From the NCBI GenBank assembly GCA_038318565.1, contig JBBQCI010000001.1, positions 42,724-106,723 on the forward strand: 64,000 nucleotides of DNA, in the 5' to 3' direction. Below the pieces are notes generated by a model that ran no database searches, had not been told where the DNA came from, and saw only the letters and a list, made by a program, of their open reading frames with translations. Within the stretch, counting starts at the first letter, position 1; every line of letters starts with the position of its first letter. The position numbers and the translations under genes were made by a program. Below are positions 44,147 through 53,406 of this stretch, piece after piece. The stretch is from Planctomycetota bacterium (GTDB lineage: Bacteria > Planctomycetota > UBA11346).

Positions 44147-45048
44147 AGGAAGGCGCTCTCGTCATCGCCTGGTGGCTCGCGACGGCTCATCAAACGGGCG
44201 TAATCGGACGCTGCGACGCTGCGTGGGGCCAGCGATTCGGCGACCCGCTTGGCCGAGGCCCAGCCCTGGATTTCGGCTTCGGGAGTGATCCGTCCCATCA
44301 ACATGCTGCAACGCAGGAACACCAGGTAGGTGTCGATGGCGTCGCAGGTGCAGTAGTCGTCGATGCGCTCGAATTCGCCGCGGTTCCATAGCTCCTGCAC
44401 CATGCTGCCCTTGGTGTCCATCTTGCCGCAGCCACCGACCAGCCTGGTAAACAGGTCGAGTCCACCGTTGGCGTGGGTCGCGCCGGCATTGGTAATGAAC
44501 TCCTGGACGTCGAAATGGAAGGTTGTGTTGAAACGGTTGCGCGGCTGCTGATATCCGGGACCACTCATGGTGAACCATTCCGGGACAGGGATGCCGAAGC
44601 GGTAGGCGCAATGCTCCATCACCGGCAGATCGAAAAAGCGGCCGTTGAAGGTGACGAAGCAGGGCGGCTCGCCACGGTTGCGGTCAAGATGCTTGCGCCA
44701 GCCGTTCCAGAACTGGCGGGCAATAACCTGGGGACGGAACTTCGGACGATCAAGGTTCTTGACGTCGATCAGGGTGTAGTCCTCGGCCACCCGTGCGATC
44801 GCCACCGACACCGGGAGGTGGTAGGTATGCGGGATGAAATCGCTCTTGCCGCTATCACGAAGCATGCCCTGCCACTTCGCCACCGCCTCGGCCGGGGTCA
44901 GTTGCGGTTCCTCCGGAAAACGCGAAACTTGGACGAGACGACCGTCGACGACGGACTCAAGATCGAAGACGAGGAACGCGGCGCGATCGGACATGCTGGG
45001 GCATGCTAGGGATCGCAGGTCCCGGGGAATCTCAGAATCGCTAGGCAT
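44143..45048 (-). CDS. predicted 3'-5' exonuclease of the PolB-exonuclease-like (RNase H fold) family
   Basis: The sequence reads FLVFDLESVVDG...FVTFNGRFFDLPVMEHCAYRFGI...GGLDLF...GKMD..GSMVQELW..GEFERIDDYCTCDAIDTYLVFLR. This matches the COG3298/PF10108 pattern of a DEDD-like exonuclease. The start ATG at 45048 has an AAGGTGG ribosome-binding site. The stop overlaps the uvrC start. Confidence 0.6.
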   Translation of the reverse strand: MPSDSEIPRDLRSLACPSMSDRAAFLVFDLESVVDGRLVQVSRFPEEPQLTPAEAVAKWQGMLRDSGKSDFIPHTYHLPVSVAIARVAEDYTLIDVKNLDRPKFRPQVIARQFWNGWRKHLDRNRGEPPCFVTFNGRFFDLPVMEHCAYRFGIPVPEWFTMSGPGYQQPRNRFNTTFHFDVQEFITNAGATHANGGLDLFTRLVGGCGKMDTKGSMVQELWNRGEFERIDDYCTCDAIDTYLVFLRCSMLMGRITPEAEIQGWASAKRVAESLAPRSVAASDYARLMSRREPPGDDESAFL

Positions 45049-45110
45049 CACCGAACCACCTTGTTCCGCTCTTCCCTTCTCCTCCTGTCCCAGACCCAAT
45101 AACCCCACCC

Positions 45111-45536
45111 ATGGATCGGGTCATCATCGGTGGATTCGTCCGGGCAGCGGGTGCGTGCGCCTGCTTCGTGGTTGCGCTCAGCCTGCTGTCGGTCGGACTG
45201 CGGTTCGGCTGGGGGATCGGCTGGATGGCCTGGATTCCGGCTGCATTCTTGTTGCTCCCTGCGCTTGCACTCAGCGGTCGGCGTGAGTTGCAACGCACGC
45301 CTCACGGCCTGGAAATCAGCGACGGACGCCTCTTCCGCCGCATCTACGCCGTGTCGTTGACGGAGGCCGAGTTGGAGATCCTGCCGGCCGGCGGCGCCTG
45401 GGCGGTGGTCCTGCATCTGCCCAGGCGCGAGGTGTCCCTAGCCAGCTGGGTGACCAAGGCGACTGCCGAGCGGATCGCCGCCCTGATGCCGGAACTGCCA
45501 CGTCGCACCCCTCGTGTCCCGCAGGGCGACCGGTGA
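45111..45536 (+). CDS. hypothetical membrane protein
   Basis: It has two TM segments (FVRAAGACACFVVALSLLSV and WMAWIPAAFLLLPALALSG). 141 aa. No family recognised. Confidence 0.35.
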   Translation: MDRVIIGGFVRAAGACACFVVALSLLSVGLRFGWGIGWMAWIPAAFLLLPALALSGRRELQRTPHGLEISDGRLFRRIYAVSLTEAELEILPAGGAWAVVLHLPRREVSLASWVTKATAERIAALMPELPRRTPRVPQGDR

Positions 45537-46000
45537 CGGAACCTCGGCACTTCCGCACCTCGGCGCTCTCCTACCATGCCGCAATGACCGACGAAGACGT
45601 CATCCGCGCTTCCGGCCTGTTGCTGCGCAGGGAATCGGGCGGACGCCGCAGCTGGCTGCTGCTACGCAACCGCAAACGTGGCGAATGGGGCTTTCCCAAA
45701 GGCCACGCCGAAGGTGACGAAGACGACGTCAGCACCGCCTTGCGCGAATGCGCCGAGGAATGCGGCATCGCTCTGGTCGCGCTCGACGGAACTACCCGCA
45801 TCCTGCGCTACCGGCTGTCGAACGGCTTCGCTAAGCAGGTGGTCTATTTGCCGGCCCGCACCTGTCAGGATCGTGTGCTTTTGTCGCACGAGCATGACCG
45901 TTCCGGCTGGTTCGATGCCAAGGGCGTCATCGCCCGCATGCCGTATGAAAGCCTGCGCGCCCTGTTCCGTGCCCACCTGCGCGATTTCCGGTACCGCTGA
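45533..46000 (+). CDS. NUDIX hydrolase
   Basis: The Nudix box is GEWGFPKGHAEGDEDDVSTALRECAEECGI. Its start overlaps the upstream gene stop. Confidence 0.8.
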   Translation: MTEPRHFRTSALSYHAAMTDEDVIRASGLLLRRESGGRRSWLLLRNRKRGEWGFPKGHAEGDEDDVSTALRECAEECGIALVALDGTTRILRYRLSNGFAKQVVYLPARTCQDRVLLSHEHDRSGWFDAKGVIARMPYESLRALFRAHLRDFRYR

Positions 46001-46794
46001 TGCAACGTTTTGAATTCCTCGTCCACGACGGCGATGACCTGCCCAACATCGATCAACTGGCAGCCGCCCTCATCGAACTCGGCTGCCTGCTGCACAATGG
46101 CGAGGATTACCGGCCTGGAAGCTGGTCAGATCCGGGCACCGGTGCCCGCGCTGTGCTCGATCTAGGCACTCCGCCAATTGAGGAGGATGCCCAGCACCCG
46201 CCGCGTGCTTATGCCGGCTGGGTGCCATTGCGTCTGGCCGTCCAGCTACCATTGGTCTGTCCGCACTGGCAGGCGGTAGAGGGTTTCCAGTTCATTGAAC
46301 GGCTGCTGGCAACCGTGCCGGGCGCTTTCGCCCTCGACTGCGAGGATATCCAGGAGACCAAAGACGCCGATCCGGGTCCGTTCGCCTGGAGTCGCCCACG
46401 CGCCCTGGCCAGCTGGGAACGCCAGCACACCGTGCAGATCGAAACGCGAACGGATCTGTCTCGGATGAATCGGGGTGACTCGCTCCGCTTATGGCGCTGG
46501 CGACGAGAACGGGAGGAAGCCTGGCCGGTGGCGGCCGTCTTGCGCGACCGTGCGGCATCCGAAGCGCATGCCGTAGTGGTTTGGCAGGATCCCACCAAGC
46601 CCTGCGTGCTGCCGTCGACCGGACTGATCCTGGTCCGCCTTGCCACGCCCCGCCTGGTGCGTCGCCGCGAATTACCTGACGGTACCCCTCTGCCGCGTGC
46701 CGGTGGCGCTCTGGTTGCACCGCCGACGGAATGGCCAGCCAGCCTGGCGATCGATCGTTTCACGGCCTGCGACGACGAGCTGTGGGTCGACTGA
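46000..46794 (+). CDS. hypothetical protein
   Basis: 264 aa with consistent codon bias. Its start overlaps the NUDIX stop. No family recognised. Confidence 0.4.
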   Translation: MQRFEFLVHDGDDLPNIDQLAAALIELGCLLHNGEDYRPGSWSDPGTGARAVLDLGTPPIEEDAQHPPRAYAGWVPLRLAVQLPLVCPHWQAVEGFQFIERLLATVPGAFALDCEDIQETKDADPGPFAWSRPRALASWERQHTVQIETRTDLSRMNRGDSLRLWRWRREREEAWPVAAVLRDRAASEAHAVVVWQDPTKPCVLPSTGLILVRLATPRLVRRRELPDGTPLPRAGGALVAPPTEWPASLAIDRFTACDDELWVD

Positions 46795-47036
46795 CCCACC
46801 TAATCATAAGCTATATTCGTCAGGCTTTTTGATGTGAGTATGCTGGCGTCTACGTCAGTTCACCAATGAATCTCAATCGACCCACCACCGTGCAGTTGGT
46901 AGCTCTCAGCTGATCATACCCGGTTGTCCGTTGCCGCACGATACCTCAAAGCACTGACCATGCTTGGCGAGTTCAGCGAACCACACATGGGATCGGAAGA
47001 TCAATCCCCCCTGTGGACAACGTCCGCGATAGCCGA

Positions 47037-47408
47037 CTACTCGTCCCACAATCCCTCGAGGATGTCCTTACGCATCTCCGCTACCTCAGCCGGTGGCGGC
47101 ACCGCCGCCGAATCTAACAATACTAACGCCTGATCGCTGTCACCGGTCCTGGCGAGACACCTCGCATAGTTCACCAGGTAATCGGTGCGCGACACGTTCT
47201 TCACTTTCGCATAGTACGAGAGGGCCGTTTCGGCCTCATCCACCAGGGTGTCGTAGGCGATCGCGGCTTCGAGCAGCAGATCATCACTGGCTGGAAAATC
47301 CTTCAAACCGTCAAGCAGGGTGTCTTGGATCAGCTTCAGGATGTTACGCTGATCGCCGTTGTCATAGACGGCATCCCTGAACTCGGCGATGAGGTCTTGC
47401 GGCGTCAT
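47037..47408 (-). CDS. hypothetical small helical protein
   Basis: 123 aa, acidic, helical (...LLLEAAIAYDTLVDEAETALSYYAKV...). No family recognised. Confidence 0.4.
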   Translation of the reverse strand: MTPQDLIAEFRDAVYDNGDQRNILKLIQDTLLDGLKDFPASDDLLLEAAIAYDTLVDEAETALSYYAKVKNVSRTDYLVNYARCLARTGDSDQALVLLDSAAVPPPAEVAEMRKDILEGLWDE

Positions 47409-47517
47409 GGCGTGGCTACCCGCGCATCTGGGTGGTCACGTCGAAGACGTGCAGTTGCGATAATATCCGTGTAGACGCACCGCGTCGTCCGTCAAGGCGA
47501 CCCATTGTGAAGTTTCA

Positions 47518-49563
47518 TCACCCGTGGACGAATCCATCCCGATACACCGTTCCGGTCAGATACGGCGCCCAGTTCTTCTCAAAGAAGATGCGGGCTGGAT
47601 CCTCCATGCCACGCAAGTCGGTCGACGAAACGGCAAAGCCGTCACGCCAGGTCACAGTCAGTTTCTGGCGACGTTGCTCCGGCCGTTCCTCGCGAAAGCG
47701 ATAGGCCGAGCAGTCGACGGATACGGCTTCGGGCATCTTTGTGCCGGCGGCATCGCAATAAGCACGTGCGCCTCGACTGCCACCACCGGAGACCAAGTAG
47801 GAGTCGAGCGCCGTGAGCACGGCCTCGGACAGCAGGGCTTGATGCCGCCATCGGAAGGCTTCTGCCGAACGTTCGGGCGTGACGCTAATGCCATCCCTGA
47901 TGACGCGAACGCGCAGGGCGCGCGCCGCGGCCAGGGCGGACGGAACCTCGGCCACCGGGCAGATAAAGCCGGCATGGTCGCTCATGCGCGCCTGAATCTC
48001 ATCACGCACGGCTGGGGCAGTCAGTCCGCTATCAGTGCGGGTGATTGCCAATGCGTTTCGGGCCGCCGCCTGCACCGCGGCGATCTCTATACCCGGACGC
48101 TGTGGACGCTCGGACGACAGGTGCTTGGCAACGCGCACGCCCATGACCTGGCCGGCGTTCAGGGCCGCACCGCCAGGACGGGTGACGCCATGGGTGCCGG
48201 CCACCTCACCCAAGGCGTAGAGTCCAGAGATGCTGCTGCGACCCCAGGTATCGACCTGCACACCGCCATTCATGTGCTGATTATTGACGTTGAACGGCAG
48301 CGGCTCGCGCGCGAGATCCGTTCCGTGCATGCGATACAACTCGATGGCGAGCGGATTCATCCGTCGCAGGCGCTCAATCGGGGTGGGCAGCAGGGCGTCG
48401 TTGTTGGCGAGGTAGCTACGCGCATCGTCGTCCAGGTCATCGAGCGAGAAGCCGGTCGGATTGCGCGTGAAGTCGAGACAGATGGTACGACCGAGGCGCG
48501 ATTCATGATGGATCGCCAGGTCGACCAGACTGGAGCCGAAGGCCAGCATGCGGCTGGCGTGGAACGGCCACTGGTAGCCCTTGCGGAAGACGTTGCTCGC
48601 CGCCTCACACGGTGAGCGATACCACGACTGGAGAAACTCACGCTCAGTTCCCGCAGCATCGCGACTGAAGATGCGCGGCACCACCTGCACGTAGGTTCCA
48701 GAGAGGTTCCACGGAAACTCCTGGCGGCGCGTGCCGATGCCGAACTGACTCTCGGTCAGATTGCACACCGCTGCACCGGATTCGATCGCCATACCGAGCG
48801 AGCCGTAGCAGTGGCGCGGATAGACGCTGTCCCGGTATAGCTCTCCGGGACCGCCCGTTGCCAGGACGGTTGCACCGGCCAGCAGCACGCACAGTCCCTG
48901 GGGATTGGCTCCTGGTCCCAGTTCGCGATCGACGGCGATGGCGCCCAGGCAACGTCCCTCGCTGACGATCAGATGAACCGCCTCGCAGCGACGACGGATG
49001 GTGACGCCGAGTCGCAGAGCCTCTTCGGCCAGCACCTTGACCATGAGGCGCGAGGTCCGCGGGCCGCAGCTGGTGGCGCGACCGACGTCATCATGGTCGG
49101 TCTGGTAGCGCAGCACCGCGCCGAAACGGTCGGTCGGCAGCGGCAAGCCGAGATACTGCAGTCCAGCGAATGCGCCGATCGATCCAACCGCTTCCACATA
49201 GGCCTGATCGAGATCCATCGCCCCGCCGGCGCCAATGTCGCTGGCCAGCTTGACGAAGTTGTCGCCTTTGTTCGATGTTCCGGCAGTATGGATGGTCTGC
49301 TTGTCCGATCCCGAGCAGGCCGACGTTCCGCCAAACGGACTCATCGTCGCCACGGTCACTTCAAGCCCAGCACGGTTGGCTTCAACAGCGGCCCGCAGAC
49401 CAGCGGCACCGCTACCAATTACCAGGACAGCTGTTCGCAGTACCGGCATGCGGACACTGTGCACATCAATGTGTTCGGTTAGGGCTGGAGATTCGGGCAG
49501 TGCCGGCATGTCGACGCGGGTCAGGGCGTCGAGGATGGCCTGGGGGACATCGATGGGCATCAC
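47518..49563 (-). CDS. FAD-dependent oxidoreductase (FAD_binding_2 / fumarate-reductase-flavoprotein-like fold)
   Basis: It has the dinucleotide-binding motif VLVIGSGAAGLRAAVEANRAGLEV. It is 681 aa. It is the last gene of the eda-SDR operon, and its start overlaps the SDR stop. Confidence 0.6.
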   Translation of the reverse strand: MMPIDVPQAILDALTRVDMPALPESPALTEHIDVHSVRMPVLRTAVLVIGSGAAGLRAAVEANRAGLEVTVATMSPFGGTSACSGSDKQTIHTAGTSNKGDNFVKLASDIGAGGAMDLDQAYVEAVGSIGAFAGLQYLGLPLPTDRFGAVLRYQTDHDDVGRATSCGPRTSRLMVKVLAEEALRLGVTIRRRCEAVHLIVSEGRCLGAIAVDRELGPGANPQGLCVLLAGATVLATGGPGELYRDSVYPRHCYGSLGMAIESGAAVCNLTESQFGIGTRRQEFPWNLSGTYVQVVPRIFSRDAAGTEREFLQSWYRSPCEAASNVFRKGYQWPFHASRMLAFGSSLVDLAIHHESRLGRTICLDFTRNPTGFSLDDLDDDARSYLANNDALLPTPIERLRRMNPLAIELYRMHGTDLAREPLPFNVNNQHMNGGVQVDTWGRSSISGLYALGEVAGTHGVTRPGGAALNAGQVMGVRVAKHLSSERPQRPGIEIAAVQAAARNALAITRTDSGLTAPAVRDEIQARMSDHAGFICPVAEVPSALAAARALRVRVIRDGISVTPERSAEAFRWRHQALLSEAVLTALDSYLVSGGGSRGARAYCDAAGTKMPEAVSVDCSAYRFREERPEQRRQKLTVTWRDGFAVSSTDLRGMEDPARIFFEKNWAPYLTGTVYRDGFVHG

Positions 49564-50351
49564 AACCTCCGTAACTGGAAGCCACCGTCTACGTCGATCA
49601 CCGTCCCGCTGCTGAATGGGAAATCGCCGGCAACCAGCGCCTTCACCGCCAATCCGACGTCTTCGCCGGTACCCCAGCGGTTCTGCGGCACCAGGCCCTG
49701 GGCGATCAGTGCGTCGTACTTGCCGGTGACGCCCGCAGTCATGTCGGTCTTCATGATGCCTGGGCGCACTTCATAGACCATGATGCCCTCTGGTGCCAGG
49801 CGAGTCGCCCACAGCTGCGCCGCCATCGCTACTCCGGCTTTGCTGATGCAATAGTCGCCACGCATGATTGAGGCGGTATGCACGCTGATCGAGGTGCAGA
49901 ACACCACCGAGCGGTAGCGGACCGCCGGTTCATACGGCTTGCCCAGCCAGTGCTTGGCCACTAGCTGGGTGAGAAAATATGGACCCTTGGTGTTGATGCC
50001 TACCAACCGATCGAAGCTCTCTTCGCCGGCATCAAGGATGTCCGCTCGCACGTTTGGGGCGACTCCGGCGTTGTTCACCAGACTGTCGATGCGGCCAAAG
50101 GCGGCGAGTGTTGCGTCGAGCAGGGTCTGACGTTGGCTCGCCTGGCTGATATCCCCCTGCAGCGGGATGAACCGTTGCGCGCAATCCTGTGCTGCGGTAC
50201 TGCACAGCTGCGCGCATTCCTCAGCAGCGCCTGCGTTGCCGGCGTAGTTGATACCGACGCTCCAACCGGCCTTTGCCAGTTCGAGGGCAACCCCACGGCC
50301 GAGTCCGCGCGAGGCACCCGTAACCAGGGCTACGGGAAAGGTCATGCGCAC
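49560..50351 (-). CDS. SDR-family oxidoreductase (KduD/FabG-like)
   Basis: The cofactor motif is TGASRGLGRGVALELA. NNAG is present, and the catalytic YxxxK is in GDYCISKAG. 263 aa. Confidence 0.8.
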   Translation of the reverse strand: MRMTFPVALVTGASRGLGRGVALELAKAGWSVGINYAGNAGAAEECAQLCSTAAQDCAQRFIPLQGDISQASQRQTLLDATLAAFGRIDSLVNNAGVAPNVRADILDAGEESFDRLVGINTKGPYFLTQLVAKHWLGKPYEPAVRYRSVVFCTSISVHTASIMRGDYCISKAGVAMAAQLWATRLAPEGIMVYEVRPGIMKTDMTAGVTGKYDALIAQGLVPQNRWGTGEDVGLAVKALVAGDFPFSSGTVIDVDGGFQLRRL

Positions 50352-50986
50352 TCCTTGGCGACGGCAACGGCCTCAGCCGTCAAACGGGTGATCTCGGCCC
50401 AGTTTCCCGAAGCTATCAGCTTCGGAGCCACCATCCAGGTACCACCGATGGCGAGAACTCCTGGGGTCTTCAACCAATCACGCAGGTTGCCAATCTCGAT
50501 TCCACCAGTCGCCACAAAGCGCACGCCACGATGCTGGTACGGCGCATGCAGCGACTTGATCATCGGGATACCGCCGGCTGCGACCGCGGGGAAGAATTTC
50601 AGCGCCGTGCATCCTAGTGACAACGCCCGTTCGACGTCACTGGGTGTACACACGCCTGGCCAGAACGGCAAGCCACTCGACTGGGCGAGTTTGACAATGT
50701 CGGGATTGCAGCCCGGAGCGACCGCGAATCTGGCCCCGGCCTGTTTCGCGGCAGCGACCTCCTCGGGCATGGTGACGGTGCCAGCTCCAAGGATGAATTC
50801 GGGGAAATCCCGGGCGACCGTGGCGATGGCCTCCCGAGCCGCTGCGGTGCGGAAGGTGATCTCGGCAACCTGAAGACCGCCTGCAGCAAGAGCTCGGCAG
50901 AGCGGTTCAGCATCGACTGCTCGTTCGATAACGATCACGGGTACGATGCGGGCGGCTGAGACTTCGGCGAGGATATCGGTGGGCAT
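50342..50986 (-). CDS. eda: 2-dehydro-3-deoxyphosphogluconate / 4-hydroxy-2-oxoglutarate aldolase
   Basis: The sequence reads VPVIVIERAVDAEPLCRALAAGGLQVAEITFRTAAAREAI...GAGTV...KFFPA...ATGGI. This is the typical Eda class I aldolase pattern. Confidence 0.85.
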   Translation of the reverse strand: MPTDILAEVSAARIVPVIVIERAVDAEPLCRALAAGGLQVAEITFRTAAAREAIATVARDFPEFILGAGTVTMPEEVAAAKQAGARFAVAPGCNPDIVKLAQSSGLPFWPGVCTPSDVERALSLGCTALKFFPAVAAGGIPMIKSLHAPYQHRGVRFVATGGIEIGNLRDWLKTPGVLAIGGTWMVAPKLIASGNWAEITRLTAEAVAVAKECA

Positions 50987-51021
50987 GCTGACATGCTACA
51001 ACGGGCCGACGCTGTGGCAAG

Positions 51022-51046
51022 CCGATCATATATGATATATGATCGG
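51022..51046. promoter_or_regulatory. 25-bp AT-rich near-perfect palindrome (putative operator) in the divergent eda promoter region
   Basis: The sequence CCGATCATATATGATATATGATCGG is an AT island in a roughly 66% GC genome. It lies 36 bp upstream of the eda start. It shares the core GATCATATATGAT with the site at 57525. Confidence 0.5.
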
Positions 51047-51105
51047 TAGACGCGCCGAGAACCGGGTGACTTGCGCATGACCAGTCGTGGCAACGCTGCC
51101 GCGCC

Positions 51106-52380
51106 ATGCTTGGAACCTTGCGGCGCATCACCTGGTGGCAGACCCTGATCCTCATCGGATGCCTGTTTGGCATCTTCGTGGCCTGTCTGGCCATGTGGCT
51201 TCGCAGTACCAGCGATCTGATAGCCGTCGATGCACGGGCCCGCCAGCTGCGGTTGCCAACTGGCCTGACGAATATCGCCTTTGCCAGCGCCACTCCCGCA
51301 CGCATCGCCGACTGGCAACGGCTGCTGACCCTGGGTGAACAGCTCAAGCCATGGTCGGAAAGCGAACCCGCCAAGGGCTGGACGCCGATTCCTGGTCAGG
51401 CACTGCCTGACGGTTTGGCAACTCATCATGAAGCACTCGACAAGGCGCTGCTGGTCGAATCGGCAGACATCCTCGGCCGTCTCGGTGATGCGCCAATCGA
51501 TGCCCACCGCGACCTGTCGCCAGCTGCCACGTTGCCCGACGTCACCGCCCTGCGCCGGCACATGCGCCTGCGCTGTGAGCGGATCCTGCTGGCGCCGTCT
51601 GCCGATCTGCCAGTCGAGATCAGCCGAGCCGCGGCCCTGATCCCTGCGCGCGAACCCCTTGGCCTGCTCCGTCTGATGGTCCAGGCCAATCTGATCGAGC
51701 AGTGGTCTACCGCTGTGATCATGCGCTCCGCTGATCTCGGCGCTGCTAAGGCCGCGATCGCCGATCAAGCGCGCGGCCTCGCCCCACTGGCTCCTCAAGG
51801 GCTGGCCGTTGCCTGGCGAAACGACCTCGCGTCTTTGCGTGGCTTCGTCGCCACCGCAGATCCTGCCGCCGTGTGGAGTCGACTAGGTCGGGACGGTGGT
51901 TTGTTCTCGTTCGACGCCTGGGGCTTCGCCATCGCCCTGCGCGCCGGCCGCGCCGAGACCATCACGCTGATGCAGGACATCGCCGTCGCCCAGGGCGAGG
52001 CGCTGGATGCAGCACGCCAGCTTGCTGCCACCCGGACAGCCGAGGCGATCGCACGGCAAGCCTCGTGGTGGCGGCCTGGCACCCTCCTGCCAGCCATGAC
52101 CCTACCCGTAGCGACCCCGGTCGTAGCAGGGGCGCACACGGCCCGGCTTCGGCTGCTGGTGCTGGCGGCCGAACTGACAGGCGAGGCTTGGCCGATCGAC
52201 CAACTCGATTCATCCGGCAAACCAGTACGGCGGGTCGAGCGCGCCGCCACGCTGATCGGGGCCTACAGCGTCAGCGCCGACGGCGTGGATGACGGCGGAC
52301 ATTCCCAAAACGACCGCTGTTGGCCGCTGTACGCCCCCTTGGGCAGTCCCAAGGCCGGGGATCCACTGCCCGCACCGTGA
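51106..52380 (+). CDS. hypothetical signal-anchored protein
   Basis: N-terminal TM helix WWQTLILIGCLFGIFVACLAMWL. 424 aa. Ala/Leu-rich and helical. No family recognised. Confidence 0.4.
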   Translation: MLGTLRRITWWQTLILIGCLFGIFVACLAMWLRSTSDLIAVDARARQLRLPTGLTNIAFASATPARIADWQRLLTLGEQLKPWSESEPAKGWTPIPGQALPDGLATHHEALDKALLVESADILGRLGDAPIDAHRDLSPAATLPDVTALRRHMRLRCERILLAPSADLPVEISRAAALIPAREPLGLLRLMVQANLIEQWSTAVIMRSADLGAAKAAIADQARGLAPLAPQGLAVAWRNDLASLRGFVATADPAAVWSRLGRDGGLFSFDAWGFAIALRAGRAETITLMQDIAVAQGEALDAARQLAATRTAEAIARQASWWRPGTLLPAMTLPVATPVVAGAHTARLRLLVLAAELTGEAWPIDQLDSSGKPVRRVERAATLIGAYSVSADGVDDGGHSQNDRCWPLYAPLGSPKAGDPLPAP

Positions 52381-52428
52381 GACTAGACGACGCCCGCCGC
52401 CTGCCACCCTTCCCGCCCGGAGCCCCAC

Positions 52429-53346
52429 ATGCCCGTCCGCGCCATCATCCACGCCGGTCTTGCCGGCATCGAACTCACCACGCCTGCCTTGCGTCTAATC
52501 GCCGTTCATGGTGCGGGGCCACGCCTCGCCTGGTTCGGCGCCTCGGCCGGCGACAACCTTCTGCTGTGGGACGACCAACAGCCGCTGAAGTACGTCCGTC
52601 AGGTGTCTGGTTTCGCCAAACCCTGGTCGCTACGCGGCGGCCACCGCGTCTGGACCGCACGCTTCGGCGCCGACGAGGACGAGCAGACCTACGCCAACGA
52701 TGATGCCGCTGGTACCGGAACAGTAAGCCCCGACGGCTTCACCGTCACTGGTGCGCTCTGCCGCGAAACCTTCAGCCGCCGTTCGATCAGCGTGCGCATT
52801 CTGCGCGACGATCGTCTGGAAGTGATCAACCGCATCATCAACGAAGGCGACATGCTGCTCGGCTGCGGACTGTGGGCGCTGACCTGCACCAAGCCCAATG
52901 CGGACACCCGTTATGTCATCCCACTGGGTGACGGTTCGTCGTGGGATACCGCCACGATCACCACCTTCCGCACCTGGGCCGGGCACGGCACCGGCAGCTT
53001 CCGCGAAGAGCAGTTCGAGACGACCGACGATGCCTACGTCCTGACCCCACGGGGCCGCGAGACCAAGCGCATGGTCGGCACGCCAGCCGGCAGCATCGCC
53101 ATGATTGATCCGGCTCGTAATCTGACCTTTGCGATCAGCACCACCTGGGAGCCGCGCGCGACCTACCCAGCCAATGCGAACATCGCCATGTACGTCGGCC
53201 CTGCGAACTTCATGGTCGAGATGGAGACGATGGGTCCACACGCTGTGCTGAAGGCTGGCCAGTCGCTGGAGCACCGTCAGGAGTGGACCCTCGCCAAGGG
53301 CACCATCCCACTGACCGGCGCTGCGGTGCGCGGCCTCACCGCCTGA
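52429..53346 (+). CDS. hypothetical protein (beta-rich; possibly sugar-related given its neighbours)
   Basis: 305 aa. No family recognised. It is embedded in the sugar-catabolic block. Confidence 0.4.
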   Translation: MPVRAIIHAGLAGIELTTPALRLIAVHGAGPRLAWFGASAGDNLLLWDDQQPLKYVRQVSGFAKPWSLRGGHRVWTARFGADEDEQTYANDDAAGTGTVSPDGFTVTGALCRETFSRRSISVRILRDDRLEVINRIINEGDMLLGCGLWALTCTKPNADTRYVIPLGDGSSWDTATITTFRTWAGHGTGSFREEQFETTDDAYVLTPRGRETKRMVGTPAGSIAMIDPARNLTFAISTTWEPRATYPANANIAMYVGPANFMVEMETMGPHAVLKAGQSLEHRQEWTLAKGTIPLTGAAVRGLTA

Positions 53347-53406
53347 CATGACGACAGTCCGCGCGTAGACTTCAGTTCGTTGCTTCAGCTGTTGCTTCAG
53401 CTGTTG

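Noticed and set aside
46880-46960. A possible tRNA gene in the low-GC spacer
   Set aside because: Only a D-arm-like fragment (AGTTGGTAGCTC) is visible. I could not build an acceptor stem or a T-arm. I reported it as a possible remnant rather than as a feature.
47524-48615. A 363-aa plus-strand ORF inside the FAD oxidoreductase gene
   Set aside because: It is antisense to a CDS with a dinucleotide-binding motif. It has no independent support.
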